A stretch of 55,586 nucleotides of DNA, counting the filler, from Trypethelium eluteriae (taxonomy: Eukaryota): the NCBI GenBank assembly GCA_051942245.1. It is 3 parts of 3 records of this genome, joined end to end, with 100 filler letters (N's around TTAATTAATTAA, not from the genome) between each part and the next. Parts side by side here need not be neighbours in the genome. Positions count along the whole stretch, not along the records: positions 18,575 to 37,035 come from JAVECL010000563.1; positions 37,136 to 55,586 come from JAVECL010000564.1; 1 more part is not named here. One strand, 5' to 3'. Shown one piece after another: positions 27,605 through 39,659 of this stretch (position 1 is the stretch's first letter; every line of letters begins with the position of its first letter). The position numbers and the translations under genes are program-made. A model generated the notes under the pieces. The model did no database searches. It was given only the letters and a program-made list of their open reading frames with translations, and was not told the origin of the DNA.

Positions 27605-30600
27605 TCATCCCTTCAGGGACTTTTCCCCAACACCCTTACCATCATGAACATCGCGTTTACTAGAAACCGGTCTGGCTGGAGTTTTTGCGCTCTGAACCCT
27701 GGGCCTAACTTCCTCTGGCCACGGAGCAGGACTCGTACTCGAGTGCATGATAGAAGTCGAGGAAGTATCTGCCTTGCCCTTCTCGCCACTCATACCAGTT
27801 TCCGGAACGTGATCCTGACTACTACGGAGAGCATCTCCAGAACCCCAGCCGGCCACCCCTTTCGTACCCTCTTTCTGCTCCCTATCCGCCGCTCCATCCC
27901 AGCATGATAAGTCATCCTGCGAAGCAATACGCGACTTCCCCACCGTCGGGCCGTGGCGATGGAGATCTAGGCCCATGTCAACGGCGGTGCTGTCGATGAG
28001 GTCAAGCATTTCAGGCATGCTGTGGACTTCCCCCTTCAGGAAGTGGTGAGTTCGCTTCGCAAAAGCCCCGGTAGTCATTTTGATAGGACTAGAGTCCAAA
28101 CTCACACTCCTTGATCGGGTACCTGAGCTTCGCATTGCGGAAAGACTGCTACCCAGTCCGTCAGGGTGCACCAGAGAAAATACGTAAGCGGACTCCATCG
28201 AGTCGCTTTCCTGGCTGGAATCCCTGGCAAGCCTGGGCCTGGCGGCTTGGGCCACGAGGTCCTCGTCAGAGGAGTCGGCCAAAACGTGTGTCTCTGCTGA
28301 GATGGTGGTTGGCGGGGCCAGAGCGAGAGCAGTCAATGGAGATGCCCCGTTCTCGGCATTATAGCTATTGTAAGAGTCCCGAGGCTGACTTTGATTGCCT
28401 GTATCCAAGTGTTTCGAATCGACCGGTTGTGTCTGAGATTTTGGCGATGGATCCTCGGAAACGCCTTCCGGGGTCCTGAATGGGGGCGTTCCAGACACGG
28501 GTAGAGATTTGGTACGCGCCCTTCCGCGCAGTGCTTGATCCACAACTTCCTCGCCAGAAGCTCCATTGAAAGGCTCTACGGCTTGTTCGGACAGACGCGT
28601 GGGATGAAAACGAGGTGACTGCTTTATCGTTGGAGATGGAAGTTTGGCTTGTTCCAAGTCGTCCTGACCGTCAGGAGGGCTGACTTTTGGAACAGCGATG
28701 AAGAAACCCGTTAAGACAGGCACTGATCTGACCGTAGCCTTCCTACTAGTACTAGGACTCTGGGTGTGCTGTGATGTTTCGGACAGCACGGTTTCATCAT
28801 GCTTTTTTGTAGAGCTGTTACTGGAAGGAGGTAGTGTGGCTTTCTCATTGTTCAAAGCATTAATTGACTGTATTGCCGAGGCGGTGGCTTTCTCTGACTC
28901 CGAGATAGGGCGCTCTTCTTTGACTTGTTTCGCTTTTAGGCCTTCGTCGTCGGTCCTGAGGCATTCATCAGCACTAAAACAAACAGAATCTTATCATCGG
29001 AGAGGTGGTAACACTTGCCCTCTTTGAAGACTTTCATTTCTCGACATATGACTATTTCCTCCGCCAGATGCCTCTGGCATATGCTTGTCTTGCGCAACGG
29101 TGGGTCTTAGATTTCCTTGCGAGCGTCGCTCGAACAATTCAATAGACTTGGAAACACGTTGGAGTGGAGCCTCTCGCTCCACGCCAGGCGACTCATAGCG
29201 AACTCTTGGCGAAGTACTGACGTGACGCAACTTCGTTGACTCTAGTACCTGAGAAGACTCACGTTTCTTCGGGGCTGACTCTTCCACATGGCGAAGTTTG
29301 GTAGCGGCGTCGTTCTGAGCTTTCTGACTCTGGCTAGAAGTAGGGGAGGCTGTCTTATTATATTGTTCACCGATAGGTTCACCGACGGCTTGACCTTGCA
29401 TCGAAGTTGGGGGGCTACCAACAGCACGGAGGCGAGCTGCATCTATACGGGCAGGGGCTGGATTTGTTGGTGTTGAACCGTCGGCATGCCGCAGATTGAC
29501 TTTTTGGGCTAATTGGGAAGGCACGGGACTTGTCGTAGGTGAACTGGTTGCGTGACGTAAATGAATCTCTTCTGCGCGCGAAGGACCAGGATTTGTGGAA
29601 ACTGGGAGATCTCGGTGCCGCAAGGAGACCTCTGGATCTAGGTGACCAGGCTGAGAGATATCGGGAACTGGAAGGTCCCTGTGCTGCAAGTGGACCTCGT
29701 TATTTGAATGGGCCGGGCTAGGGCTCGTCATAGGAATGTCCTTATGCTGCAGTCGAACCTCTTCATCAAAGCGAGAAGGGCTCGGGCTTACAGGAACCAT
29801 ATGGTCAGCATGCCGCAAGTGGACGTCTAGGTCCATATGAACTGGACTAGGATTTGTGGGACCTGGAAGTTCTTTATGCCGTAACTGGATTTCTTGATCT
29901 AAGTGAGAATGACCCGGAGTCGTAGGTTCTGGACGGTCTACATGTCGTAGATGGACTCCCTCTAACGGCGATGTGGTCGGCTTAGGTATTAGGATGCTGT
30001 TGACGTGCCCTGAATGGACTCCTGGATCTGGTGGAGAAGCACTGGCTTTGGGAACCTATCCACTACCGACATGCTTTAAACGAACTTCCTGATCTAGGCG
30101 AGATGCACTGGGGCTGATAACAGGAGCTGCACTCTCCGTGTTTGGCGTGTAAGCCTTTTGATCTGAAGGCGAATTAGAACCTGTAAGAGTTGTATTGGGA
30201 GCTGCAGCAGGACTGGGCAGACTCGTAGAGGCCAGATCAAGACGTTTAGGGTCCGGACCGAGGTTTGTAGGAACCTGGCGATCCCTATGGCGCAAGTGAA
30301 CCTCTTGATACAGATGTGGAGGATCTAGACTATTCGGGGGCAGGGGCTCTGCATGTCGCAATTGAACTGCTTCATCTAGTAGAGAAGCGCTGGGTTTGGG
30401 CGTCAGGAGCTTGCCTATATGCCGTAGATGGACATGCTCTCGAAGCGATGGAGGACCAAAGTCTCTCCCCTCACAAGCTGCACAGGCTGGGGCGTGAAGC
30501 GTGGCCGAAACTTTTCGGTCAGAAGTTGGAAATTCTGGTGATATATTGTGGGCGTGGTCGTCCGCAGGGGAGCTGGATTTTGGCATCACGTACTCGCTTC

Positions 30601-31108
30601 GCAGTTCGCCGCGCGACTCTTTGGATTCGATGGGCGACTTAGCCTGCGGGGTTGTCCCTTGTTCTGGTACCTTGTATGTTGGTAAGCCAATCTGACTTTG
30701 TTGTTTGTTGGATGCATTGTCCCTTTTCGATTCCTCTTGGTCGTTTGACGCGTCCGACGGAAGTCCGTGTCTGACATAAGGTCTTCCCAATGCATCTCTT
30801 CTCACGAAAGGGTTGACCCTTTGTGTGTATTGCTGATCCAGGGGAAGGCCTGGACCCGGCCTCGGCTGATGTCCTTCTCCGTCTAACTGCGGTACAAACG
30901 TGATCTCTTCGGTTTCGTTAATATACCTACAGAGTCCACGATCTCTTTCCAAGTCAAAGTCCACGTCGCAGAAGCTTGAGAAAGTAGGTGAGTTGGTGAA
31001 GTAAAGCTTGGTCACACTGATTATGGTTTTAGAGGGCGAAAGCAGTAAAGAATTTGTTGATCGTGCTCGTCGCAGAGCGACAAGACCAGGAGAGGCATGT
31101 AGCGTCAT
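27605..31108 (-). pseudogene. Large Pro/Ser/His-rich tandem-repeat protein gene (~1146 codons) with one in-frame TAG at 30058-30056; pseudogene, truncated allele or recoded gene
   Basis: ORFs 31108-30056 and 29836-28994 are in the same frame, and the sequence between them is stop-free apart from the TAG and still encodes repeats. GC-AG intron 29018-28956 joins them in frame to ORF 28855-27605. The true 5' start is uncertain. Confidence 0.6.
29210..30450 (-). repeat. Coding tandem repeat, ~15 degenerate units of ~23 aa centred on (D/E)-x-V-x-LRH
   Basis: EHVHLRH, EAVQLRH, QEVHLRH, QEVRLKH, EGVHLRH, QEIQLRH, LDVHLRH, EEVRLQH, NEVHLQH, PEVSLRH, EEIHLRH, QKVNLRH and TKLRHV (twice), separated by Pro/Thr/Ser linkers such as PTNPxP. 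Confidence 0.85.
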
Positions 31109-31623
31109 GTAAAAATACTAAAAAACGAGGGAACGAAATGGCGCAGGTCTTAGGATACTGCTCAACAAATCGAGGCGTCTCAAGGAAGCCTCTTTTCGCG
31201 AAGCCGTGTACAATTGTGAGATGAAATCAACGGGATGAAATAGGCGGTTTGTGTGTATGATGCATGCAGAGCGTGTGTAAAACGACAGGAGATGCAGAAA
31301 TTCTTTGTAGATGGCTTTGCTCCAAAACACTGCATTTCAAGGAAGGTGCATCAGATCCACACTACCGAGGCAGTGATCAGAGGGAGAACTCAATTTTTTT
31401 TGGCAGAAGGAAGTGACCCGAAATCATAGGTCTTTACCAAAACCAGCTCACTTCAAGCAGCCTCTGCAGAGACTGGATAGTCTTCTTTTGACTGCTGTCC
31501 ATTCGTCTAGCCAAGGGTCTCCACAGATTTTTAGTAGGCTCAAGCGATCACAAGCAAATAGACCTTTGCTATCTATAGTTCGCTACTGTACAGACTTAAC
31601 TCGCCTAAATTTTCGACTCTACC

Positions 31624-32407
31624 TTATTTCAGAGCTGCCTGTAAACTCTCGAGAACCTTTTGTCTCATTAGCAACGATTGGAACATGATTCCATACTAGT
31701 GACGATATTGTATTGAGGACAACACTTACCTCAAGTTCAATATTCGCCTCGGCTTTATCCTGCTCGCTACCGCTACCACTCGCGATCTTCTGCGCTTCGG
31801 CAATCTGACTTCGTACAGCCTATGAGAAAATTATGAGCTTCAAGCACCTGCGTCCATGGTATAACAAGAGCATACATCCGCATTGAAGTCTTCCAGAGGG
31901 AAGCCCTCAACAGCATTGATACTCAATTGGGATCCCGGTTGAACCACCGCAAAGCCTCCCGAGAGGAAGAACTGTTTACTTCCACCGGCTTCTTCAATAA
32001 CTTCGACTAGGCCGGGCTTCAACTGTTCGATCGAGGGAACGTGGTTAGCGAGAACACCCATCTCACCGGACTCGGCAGGTATGTTGACTTGTATGCTATT
32101 GGCCATTCAGGATTAGTATGATTATTTTAAAGAGCAAACCCGAGAACGAGGCAGGTAGGAATTGAGGAATCGTACACGTCGGTAGACTTGTATATGGACT
32201 GGAATGCATCAATTAGCTTCTGACTGATGAAAGACTTATTTCTGGAGCGAAGTGGAGCACATTGGATGTTCGTACCTGGTGAGGCAGGGCGAGAGACAGC
32301 CTGATCTTGTCTGAAGCAACATCCGCATAGCCTCTTCGTTGCAACGGTGAACGGAAAGCAGTTGGGCGAGCTCGAAGAGCTACCCTAGCGAAGCGTAGTG
32401 AGCTCAT
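31624..32407 (-). CDS. ATP16: Mitochondrial F1 ATP synthase delta subunit
   Basis: Exons 32407-32276, 32198-32176, 32095-31876, 31819-31730, 31656-31624 (165 aa). Presequence ending RRGYA, LSLALPHQ, QVNIPAESGEMGVLANHVP, FFLSGGFA and EANIELEVLESLQAALK. Confidence 0.96.
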
Positions 32408-32513
32408 AGTGATAGCTATTTGAAGTCGAGAAAGATAGCCACAGGGACAGCTCGTTAGTAGCTAGACTGAGTATTCGTCTGCGAAGGGTGAAGCTGTTGT
32501 TTGATAGCGCCCC

Positions 32514-32523
32514 ATCACGTGAC
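32514..32523. promoter_or_regulatory. Palindromic E-box (ATCACGTGAC), candidate bHLH site upstream of ATP16
   Basis: Matches the RTCACGTG consensus of Cbf1/SREBP-type bHLH factors, about 110 bp upstream of the ATG. Motif match only. Confidence 0.35.
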
Positions 32524-33687
32524 ACCTCTCTTCAACAGGTACACCAAATGACTGGCTCCTTCCAACCGACTGCCCGTATCGGCACGCATCTTCCTTCAAT
32601 TCTATCTTTTTGCGCCCCAGCGTTATTAACCTAGTGCCTCAGTTCGTTGTCATTCTACAATGGAGGCAGCTACGAAGCGTCACATAGCATATCCAATGGT
32701 AATTCGTCAGCTTGATTCAGCCAAGATCTACAGGTTTTCTGCGAAAGGGGTAACAGCAACTTGCACAGGTAGACTTTGCATACGGCTATTCAGAGGGGTT
32801 CAAAGAAGTGGGTATTGTATTGCATTCCGACACTTGAAAAAGCTGTCCCTGCATTATTTTGACCCAGCCAATATTGTCTTCGAGATAGTTTGGTGATCTG
32901 CTTGGCAATGCACGCATAGGTCGCTATGTATCACCTCCTGTAAGTTTGGTAGCATGAAGCACATCAGAGCAACCAAGTAAAGTCTCTCCGGCAATCACCG
33001 CTTCACTTGGCGTAGTAGGCTTTGGGTATCCAGAACGTCGGATTTTGCTGCAGCAGGCGAGCTTTGAAGTTCTGCATGTTGCATTGACTAATTGCGATAT
33101 TCCAATCATTAAGAGGGAAAGGATTGAAGGATGCTTGGAAATGGAGACCAGCTGATTCGTCGGTCAAGGTAGCACATGTGCGGAATGCAACGCTACCTAT
33201 GTAGGAAGGCCGCCATCAAGACCAGCGTTGGGCAAGCACTGAGGTGCGGACAATCAGACACTAGGTGAATGATTGAGACGGCAGAACCGTGTTGATTGTT
33301 TGGGGGCCAGTTGGTTTCTAGTCCGCAGAGGTCAGCAATCAGATTCCTCAGCGTGGCTGAGACAAGATTCGATGTTTAGAAAAATGCCAAGTGGCGGTGC
33401 TGGTCGCAAATCATCCGAAGGGGTGCTGAGAAAGGCACTGGGATGGCTATGCCCGGCAATTTTCCCGAGGTAAAAGGCGACGGCTTTCAGTGTGTCCTAG
33501 TGAAACGACTAGGAGGCTTTCGGTGAATTGTCGCGTTTTAGTCCTACGATAATGTTTCTTGTTTTTATTGGCTGTCTCTTGGCAATTTTCTGACCGCGCA
33601 CTTCGTAATTGCAGAAGAAATTTTCGTGGGCGGATGAAGTTCGGGTCGGGGTGAGAATTCAAGATGCGATGAAACAGGGCATTGTGC

Positions 33688-33740
33688 GGACTAGTGAGGA
33701 CTGATGAGGACTGGTGAGGACTGGTGTGCGGACTGTGAGG
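33688..33740. repeat. Short 10-bp tandem repeat, (GGACTRRTGA) x ~5
   Basis: ggactagtga ggactgatga ggactggtga ggactggtgt gc ggactgtga. Confidence 0.8.
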
Positions 33741-34252
33741 GTCCCCTCCGCCTCGGGTAAGGTGGATGGATGACCGATGACGTCTTGGCTGACACCGCAA
33801 GAGGTCTAAGTCGCTGCTGCCAAGTTGTCGCCATTCCGGCGCTCCCGTTTCGTCTCGCACGGTTGCGGCGGAGACGGCGGCGGTCCAAAGGCTACGAAAT
33901 CGAGTGATGATTCTTTCAGTGCTTTCGTCTGCGCGGTGACTACCCACAGAGTTATTCCGTGCACACCCATACTGACGGTCGGAAGGCATCACGCGTGAAT
34001 GGAAGCGCACCATCGAGATTACTTAGGCCAAGACTACCTTAGGTACCCAGCGTTACTAGAGTAGCTAAGCACCTGAGATGTGAGGTAGCAACTGTGCCGG
34101 GCGCCGGCGCAAGCATACGTGCCAAGGTGAGATGGTGCAAACTGCCTCAGGGCATGCCTCAAGGGCCTAATCCTGGGCGTGGAACGTGGGTCGCGGTGCA
34201 GGTTAGCATGTTAGTTACTAAGAACCTAAGAACCAGGTCGGTTTCCTTGGAT

Positions 34253-34296
34253 GCTTGGGTGCTTGGGTGCTTGGGTGCTTGGGTGCTTGCTTGCTT
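34253..34296. repeat. Microsatellite (GCTTGGGT)4 followed by (GCTT)3
   Basis: Read directly; lies upstream of the CT-rich tract (~34410-34455) that precedes the next + strand gene. Confidence 0.85.
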
Positions 34297-35015
34297 AGGT
34301 TGGGGTGCGCGTAAAAGCATTATGTGTGCCCACCATACATACGCCTTCGCACCCACGCCTTGCTCCACTTTTTGCCGAAGCGCTTCTGGCGGTCTCCCAC
34401 CATCATCTCCGACACCTCTTCACCTCTTCTTCACCTTCTTCACCTCTTCTTTTCTACTCCACACGCCGCCTTGGAAACGCCTCCCCTCTACATCGGCTTC
34501 TTCGCCTAGAAGCAATTGTCGCCACCTCACGTCTCTTCCAATCCTACCCAGCGTCAGCTCTAGCGCCATTCGACTCATCTGTACGAGCAAGACATCAGAT
34601 CTCACGCGGTCGCCCACTCAATTCAGGGTCTAACGCCACAGCTGTCCTAACACCTCCTCACCATTAACTGCCCATCGGAGAGACCGCCATCGAGACTTCA
34701 ACTTAGATTCATCGACGGAGACTTCATCACCATGGCTTGTCTCAGATTATAATCAACCTGTCCTTAGGGACTTTGACAGACGACCAGATCTGCTCGCAGT
34801 ATGCACGGCAAATCGCCCTACTCACCAGCCAGATGATGCTCACAATGTCCTCAGGTCCCTGCAATTTTGCCTAAAAAGACCTCGAGTATTTTCTTGATCA
34901 AGCGCAGCTTGTTTCACGCATTTAATATTTCCCATACTTTCTAATTTGACCGACTGTGTTCGAATATATTAAATCAGCCGGGTGTTTCCTGTCGATCGAA
35001 GTCAGAGTACTCCAC

Positions 35016-37035
35016 ATGGACGATCGACACGTTGACCAAGCAATGCGGAGCCTACAAAGTACACAACAAGCCAGTCGAACATCGACGACCACAAACATGG
35101 CTCCTCTTGAAGATGAATCAGCACCAGAGACTGATGAACCTCCCGACGAGCGCCATCAGCTTCTCCGAATGCCATCGAATTTCAAATTACCGTCACCTAC
35201 CTGCGGGAGCTTCGAGAAGACAGGACTGCCTCCTACCTGCCAGCGCAGAGAATCTTTATTGACACAGGCTCTTCACTTTAGGGAGCCTGACAATGCACCT
35301 GTTCACATTCATCCTACACCGACAAGGATGCTCCCGCGGGTGCCTACGAGCTCTGCTTGGAGCAACACGAGCAACACCTCCACTGCTGAATTGACAAGCG
35401 ACGACGGTTTTACCAGTCCTGGTCTGCGCACCAACTCACCTAGTCCGCCACTACCAGCCACATCTACCTATTCACTACCCTCTCTGAACTCGAAGTCGAT
35501 CAGTCACGAACCTCGTCCTCCTACTGCCTCTATCAATGACTCAATCTCAATTTCTTCCGAGACTAACGATGCCCCCACCGAGCGCGCAGTTGAGGCAACC
35601 CTTGGGAGAAGGCGTTGCATAAAGTTTGCATGCGGAAGAAAAGAGTCGCCTCCCTCACCTCCAGCTCAAGAACCAGTTAGCGAAGAACCCACACGACCAG
35701 AGCGGAAGTCCATGTTGAGGTTTATATGCCCAAAGAGATGTAGTCCCCCTCGCGAACCTCCTGCCTCGGATAACACTATGGCTCAGCGGCCTGCTGTCCA
35801 GAACCCGATTCCTGCTGGGAGCCCGAAAGGGATTCCAATCAGAGCTCACCGTGATTCAGATTCAACTGTGAAGAATGACTCACCAAAGGCCACAAGGAAA
35901 AATGCCGCGGCGCTGGCTCGGAAAAAGTATGAAGATGATTCTGACCTTGGTCATACGAGCGCAACCCGCTTTCACGAGTTTGCAAGTTCAGAAGAGGAAG
36001 TTGATGACTGGGTACAAGAGTCGACTTGTCACAGAAGTCGGTTGACGGTGAATGATACACTTGGAAAAGAGAATATAATCAGGCAACTTGGTAGAGAAGC
36101 CGAGGAGGAAGAAGAGGCCCTTGATGACGAGGATATCATCGATAATGAACCACAGAACGATGAGGAAGATGAGGATCGGGAGGACGATGAGGAGGATGAC
36201 GACGACGAGGACGACGACGATGACGAGGAAGAAGATCGAATGAGCGATCGTGAAAGTGAATCTGAATTGGAATCCGAGGAAGAGGCAGGGAATAGCGAGG
36301 TCAAGGAGCACGTCTCGGACGATGGATTCCAGACTGACGATGAAAATGGGTTTGCTAGTACGGACGACGAGAGCGATACTAACTCTGACTATCACTGGTG
36401 GACTCCTGGTCGTTCTACCGCTGCCACTTCGACCGAACATCTCGAACACATTCGACCCCTTGCTCATCGCAACGCCTCAAGTTCATCAATAGGATCTGTT
36501 GGAAGTAGTAACAGCCGTCGTCGCTCTCCACATCCGAATAAACTTCGACGGATTTCTCACAGCAAGACCGGACCTCTGGACATCGAAAACAATGTGGCTC
36601 CTGACCTACCGGATAGTACAGACTTCGTATGCGGTACTTTGGACGAAGATCGTCCACTTGAACGTGCCTACATGACCCGCATGGAGCAACGGAAAGCTGC
36701 CAAGCACAAAGCTATACCTCAAGACATCGATCCCAGTTTCCCCACCTCAGACCCAGAGATGGACGAAGAAGATGAGGATGAGGATGAGAAGCAGGCTGCT
36801 GACGAGGGTGACTATCCCTTCTTCCCGGGCCGTCTTGAAATTCACGACACAGAAGGTCGCGGCCGTTCTGTCTCTGAATGGAGAAAGTCATCATCATCCC
36901 GCACCTCGCCTCCCGTCTCTAAGCACTCCTCCCCACCCAAGCGCTCTACAGCACGAAGTTCACCGCCTCCTGCGAAGCATACCGTTCACCGATCGCCACC
37001 CCCTCCCAAACGCTGCGGCGCTCGCTCTCCTCCTC
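35016..37035 (+). CDS. Conserved fungal disordered acidic/Pro-rich protein (DUF2457-like), 3'-truncated by an assembly gap
   Basis: Open frame of more than 670 codons from ATG 35016 to the gap. Blocks RRESLLTQAL, TRFHEFASS..DDW, KEN.IRQLG.EAEEE, a long D/E tract, LPDSTDFVCGTLDEDRPLE and PQDIDPSFPTSDPE, then RSPPP repeats. The family name is from recollection. Confidence 0.8.
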
Positions 37036-37135
37036 NNNNNNNNNNNNNNNNNNNNNNNNNNNNNNNNNNNNNNNNNNNNTTAATTAATTAANNNNNNNNN
37101 NNNNNNNNNNNNNNNNNNNNNNNNNNNNNNNNNNN
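37036..37135. other. Artificial assembly gap/linker
   Basis: N44-TTAATTAATTAA-N44, identical to 18475-18574. Confidence 0.97.
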
Positions 37136-37864
37136 GGATTGAGGGAGTAATGTGGTGGAGTTGGGATTATGACGGCAGAAAGATGCAGTGCAGGGAGTTG
37201 CTTCACGAATATGGTGCCATGCACGGAGGATCTCTTATGTTTCCCTTCTCTATATTGCTTGGTTCTTTTCCTCTGCTTACAGCCGCAATCTGTCGTGCCA
37301 TCAGGCCTGGTTCGCTGACTCTATGGTTGCACAAAAGTGGACACACATGCTTTGGTCCCGATCTGCTTGTTTCTGTCACATACCCCCTCCAGCAAGCCTG
37401 CTTTGAACTTCCTCTTGTTGTTTATGTTCTCTTACATGATTTCTCCTCTTCTGACATTCGTGTCTGAATTTTTGTTCATTGTACCTATGGGTTTTCGATT
37501 CGATGCGAGACGTGCTTACGGACTTGAACAGATTGAACACTGGACACTACACAGAAAGATGAAGATAGTGCCTCCACTCTTCTCATTCGCTGGAGGATGA
37601 CAACTCTGCAAATTGGATCAGGGGGTGCGCTGAGGGGGGGTTTTTTTTTTTTTTCTTTTTAACCTTGGAATTTATTTACTTTGGAAATCTAGTAAGGTGT
37701 GGGAACGGCGGCCTTGTTTGATCTAGAGAGATACCTGGTGATATCGTGCTATCCATACCCCCTTAGTTAGAACAGTCAAGCAATTAAGCTATAGCAGCTT
37801 CTGATGAGTACAACTCTGTTCATTATGTGATTGATTTGACCGATTTGGCAACAACTAAATGGGC

Positions 37865-39240
37865 CTAAGTCTTCGCGGCCCGACCAAGGTCCTGCTTCAG
37901 TATATCTAATAATCTGTTCTGATCCAGTTCCGTTCCGTCAGCCATGATTACGGACTCGTGAGCCTCGATCGTACTGGATCCGTCCTCCTCCAAGAGACCA
38001 TCATCCCTCTCATCTTCCTCTTCCACCTCACTTTGCGCCGATCTAACCGAGTCAACTTCATCTGTACCAGCCGCGTGTTCCGGGACTCCTTGTGACCCAT
38101 CATTGACAGAGCCAGCGGCATCATTATCCGCACGCCTTCGCCTAAAATAGTCTGCCTCACTAACATACCCCGACGGTAGTTGGTCTTGGGGATATGACAA
38201 GGCGTAAATTGTTGGAAATTCCACTATGATACGGTTCTCGAGGGCGGCTAATATCGTGTCGGAAGCCGCAAGGGGAATAAGCACGGTTTGAGAGCCACGC
38301 GTGTGAGTCTTATGGAGATAAAAATGAATGCCTTTCACAGAGTGGGACTCATCGACATTTGCTTGGTTGTTGGGCTGTGAAATACAGTCAGATTCTGCGG
38401 AATTCATCACCGCATGTTCGTCGTCCAGTTCCTTCACAGCTGCCTCCAAGGGTGGCTGTTCTTTGAGAAACAGCTCAGAGCGGAGTTGTCCTTTCAATGC
38501 AGCATCACTGCCTTCGGTAGCTGCTTTCTTGCGTGCTTCACGTTTCCTCTTTTTCGCTTTGTTGCGCGCAGTCTTTGATGAATGATTTGCGTACGCATCA
38601 GCCAGCGTCAATCTCTCATCGCAGACACAATGTTTTCGGAGTCCAGAAGAGCCAATCCATTCTACAAGCCAGAAAACGCAACGAGCCGTTCCATCCCAGT
38701 ACGTTCTATTGCAAGTCTGGCGGGTCATACCAATTGGAGCATATTCAACCACGATACGGTGTTCTTTGCAGTGTTTTCGCAAGTTTCTCGTGCGGCTTTG
38801 AATGACGGGTGTCCTGCGATTCCGTCCTTTCTGATGGACAGTGATTCCCTGATCTGTGATCACTCTCTCTGCTTTGTCAAATGAGCGCTCGACGGCTGAG
38901 AGGAAATTGTAATCGTGATCGACGCCGGCGGGAGTGGCTAGCTGGGCTTTGGTCACAAACGCTGCACGATCTCGTTTACCCGAGCAATCGTACCATGTCT
39001 GATGCCGTTTATAGCAATTCAACGAACAAGAGCGCGTAGAGCACCGTGGGCAGCGATAGCGAGGCGCCTGGTTGTTGCTGTTAAAGCAGTCGTTAGTTGC
39101 GTATCGAGGTACTTGGCGGATGGGACCATGCAATCCAGAATGCTCAGCTCCGATTTATTGAAGCTTGAATTTTTAGGAGAAGTTAGTAGAATGACGTACC
39201 AAATACTGCATAATTCATACAAAAGGGATTGATCTGCCAT
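37865..39240 (-). CDS. BCD1: Box C/D snoRNP assembly factor with zf-HIT domain (Bcd1/ZNHIT6)
   Basis: Exon 39240-39200, intron 39199-39078, exon 39077-37865 (417 aa). Splicing rebuilds the HIT finger LCSICNNQAPRYRCPRCSTRSCSLNCYKRH..CSG.R; also DYNFL, APIGM.R..N.T, W.VEW and EFPTIY. Confidence 0.9.
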
Positions 39241-39659
39241 TTCTTACTATCAAGGTGGGCAGTGCGAGGTTGGGCATTAAATGTGACGGTAAGTTAGATA
39301 CCTAAAACTTGTAGGTAATTACGTGGGCGTCGGTCGCTTATGTAAGCGATAGAGGTTTGCCCCACCACCTGCATGGCCCTACCCCACTATCTACCTACAT
39401 ACTTAGGGTAGGTACGGAGTACCTTTTACCAAAAATTGAATTACCAATATAGTTCTGATCAGAAAGCTTATTTGGTGATTAAGATCATCAAGTTTAAATC
39501 TAGGAGTTTTGGTAGGAAAGGGGCATGTAGGTGTTGCGCCTATGCAGGTAGTGGGAATTCAGCACACCGGCAAACTTCCATTCTTCTTCTGCCGGCCTGC
39601 TCATAACGCCTTCCTTTCAATCCAACGCTCCGATCAGGAATTCCCGAGAGACTCCTACG

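Noticed and set aside
33688..33740. CRISPR-like array
   Set aside because: 10-bp tandem units without spacers, in a eukaryotic genome.
33447..34667. ORFs 33447-34013(-), 34094-34633(+) and 34305-34667(+)
   Set aside because: No recognisable motifs; they run through microsatellites and CT-rich promoter sequence.
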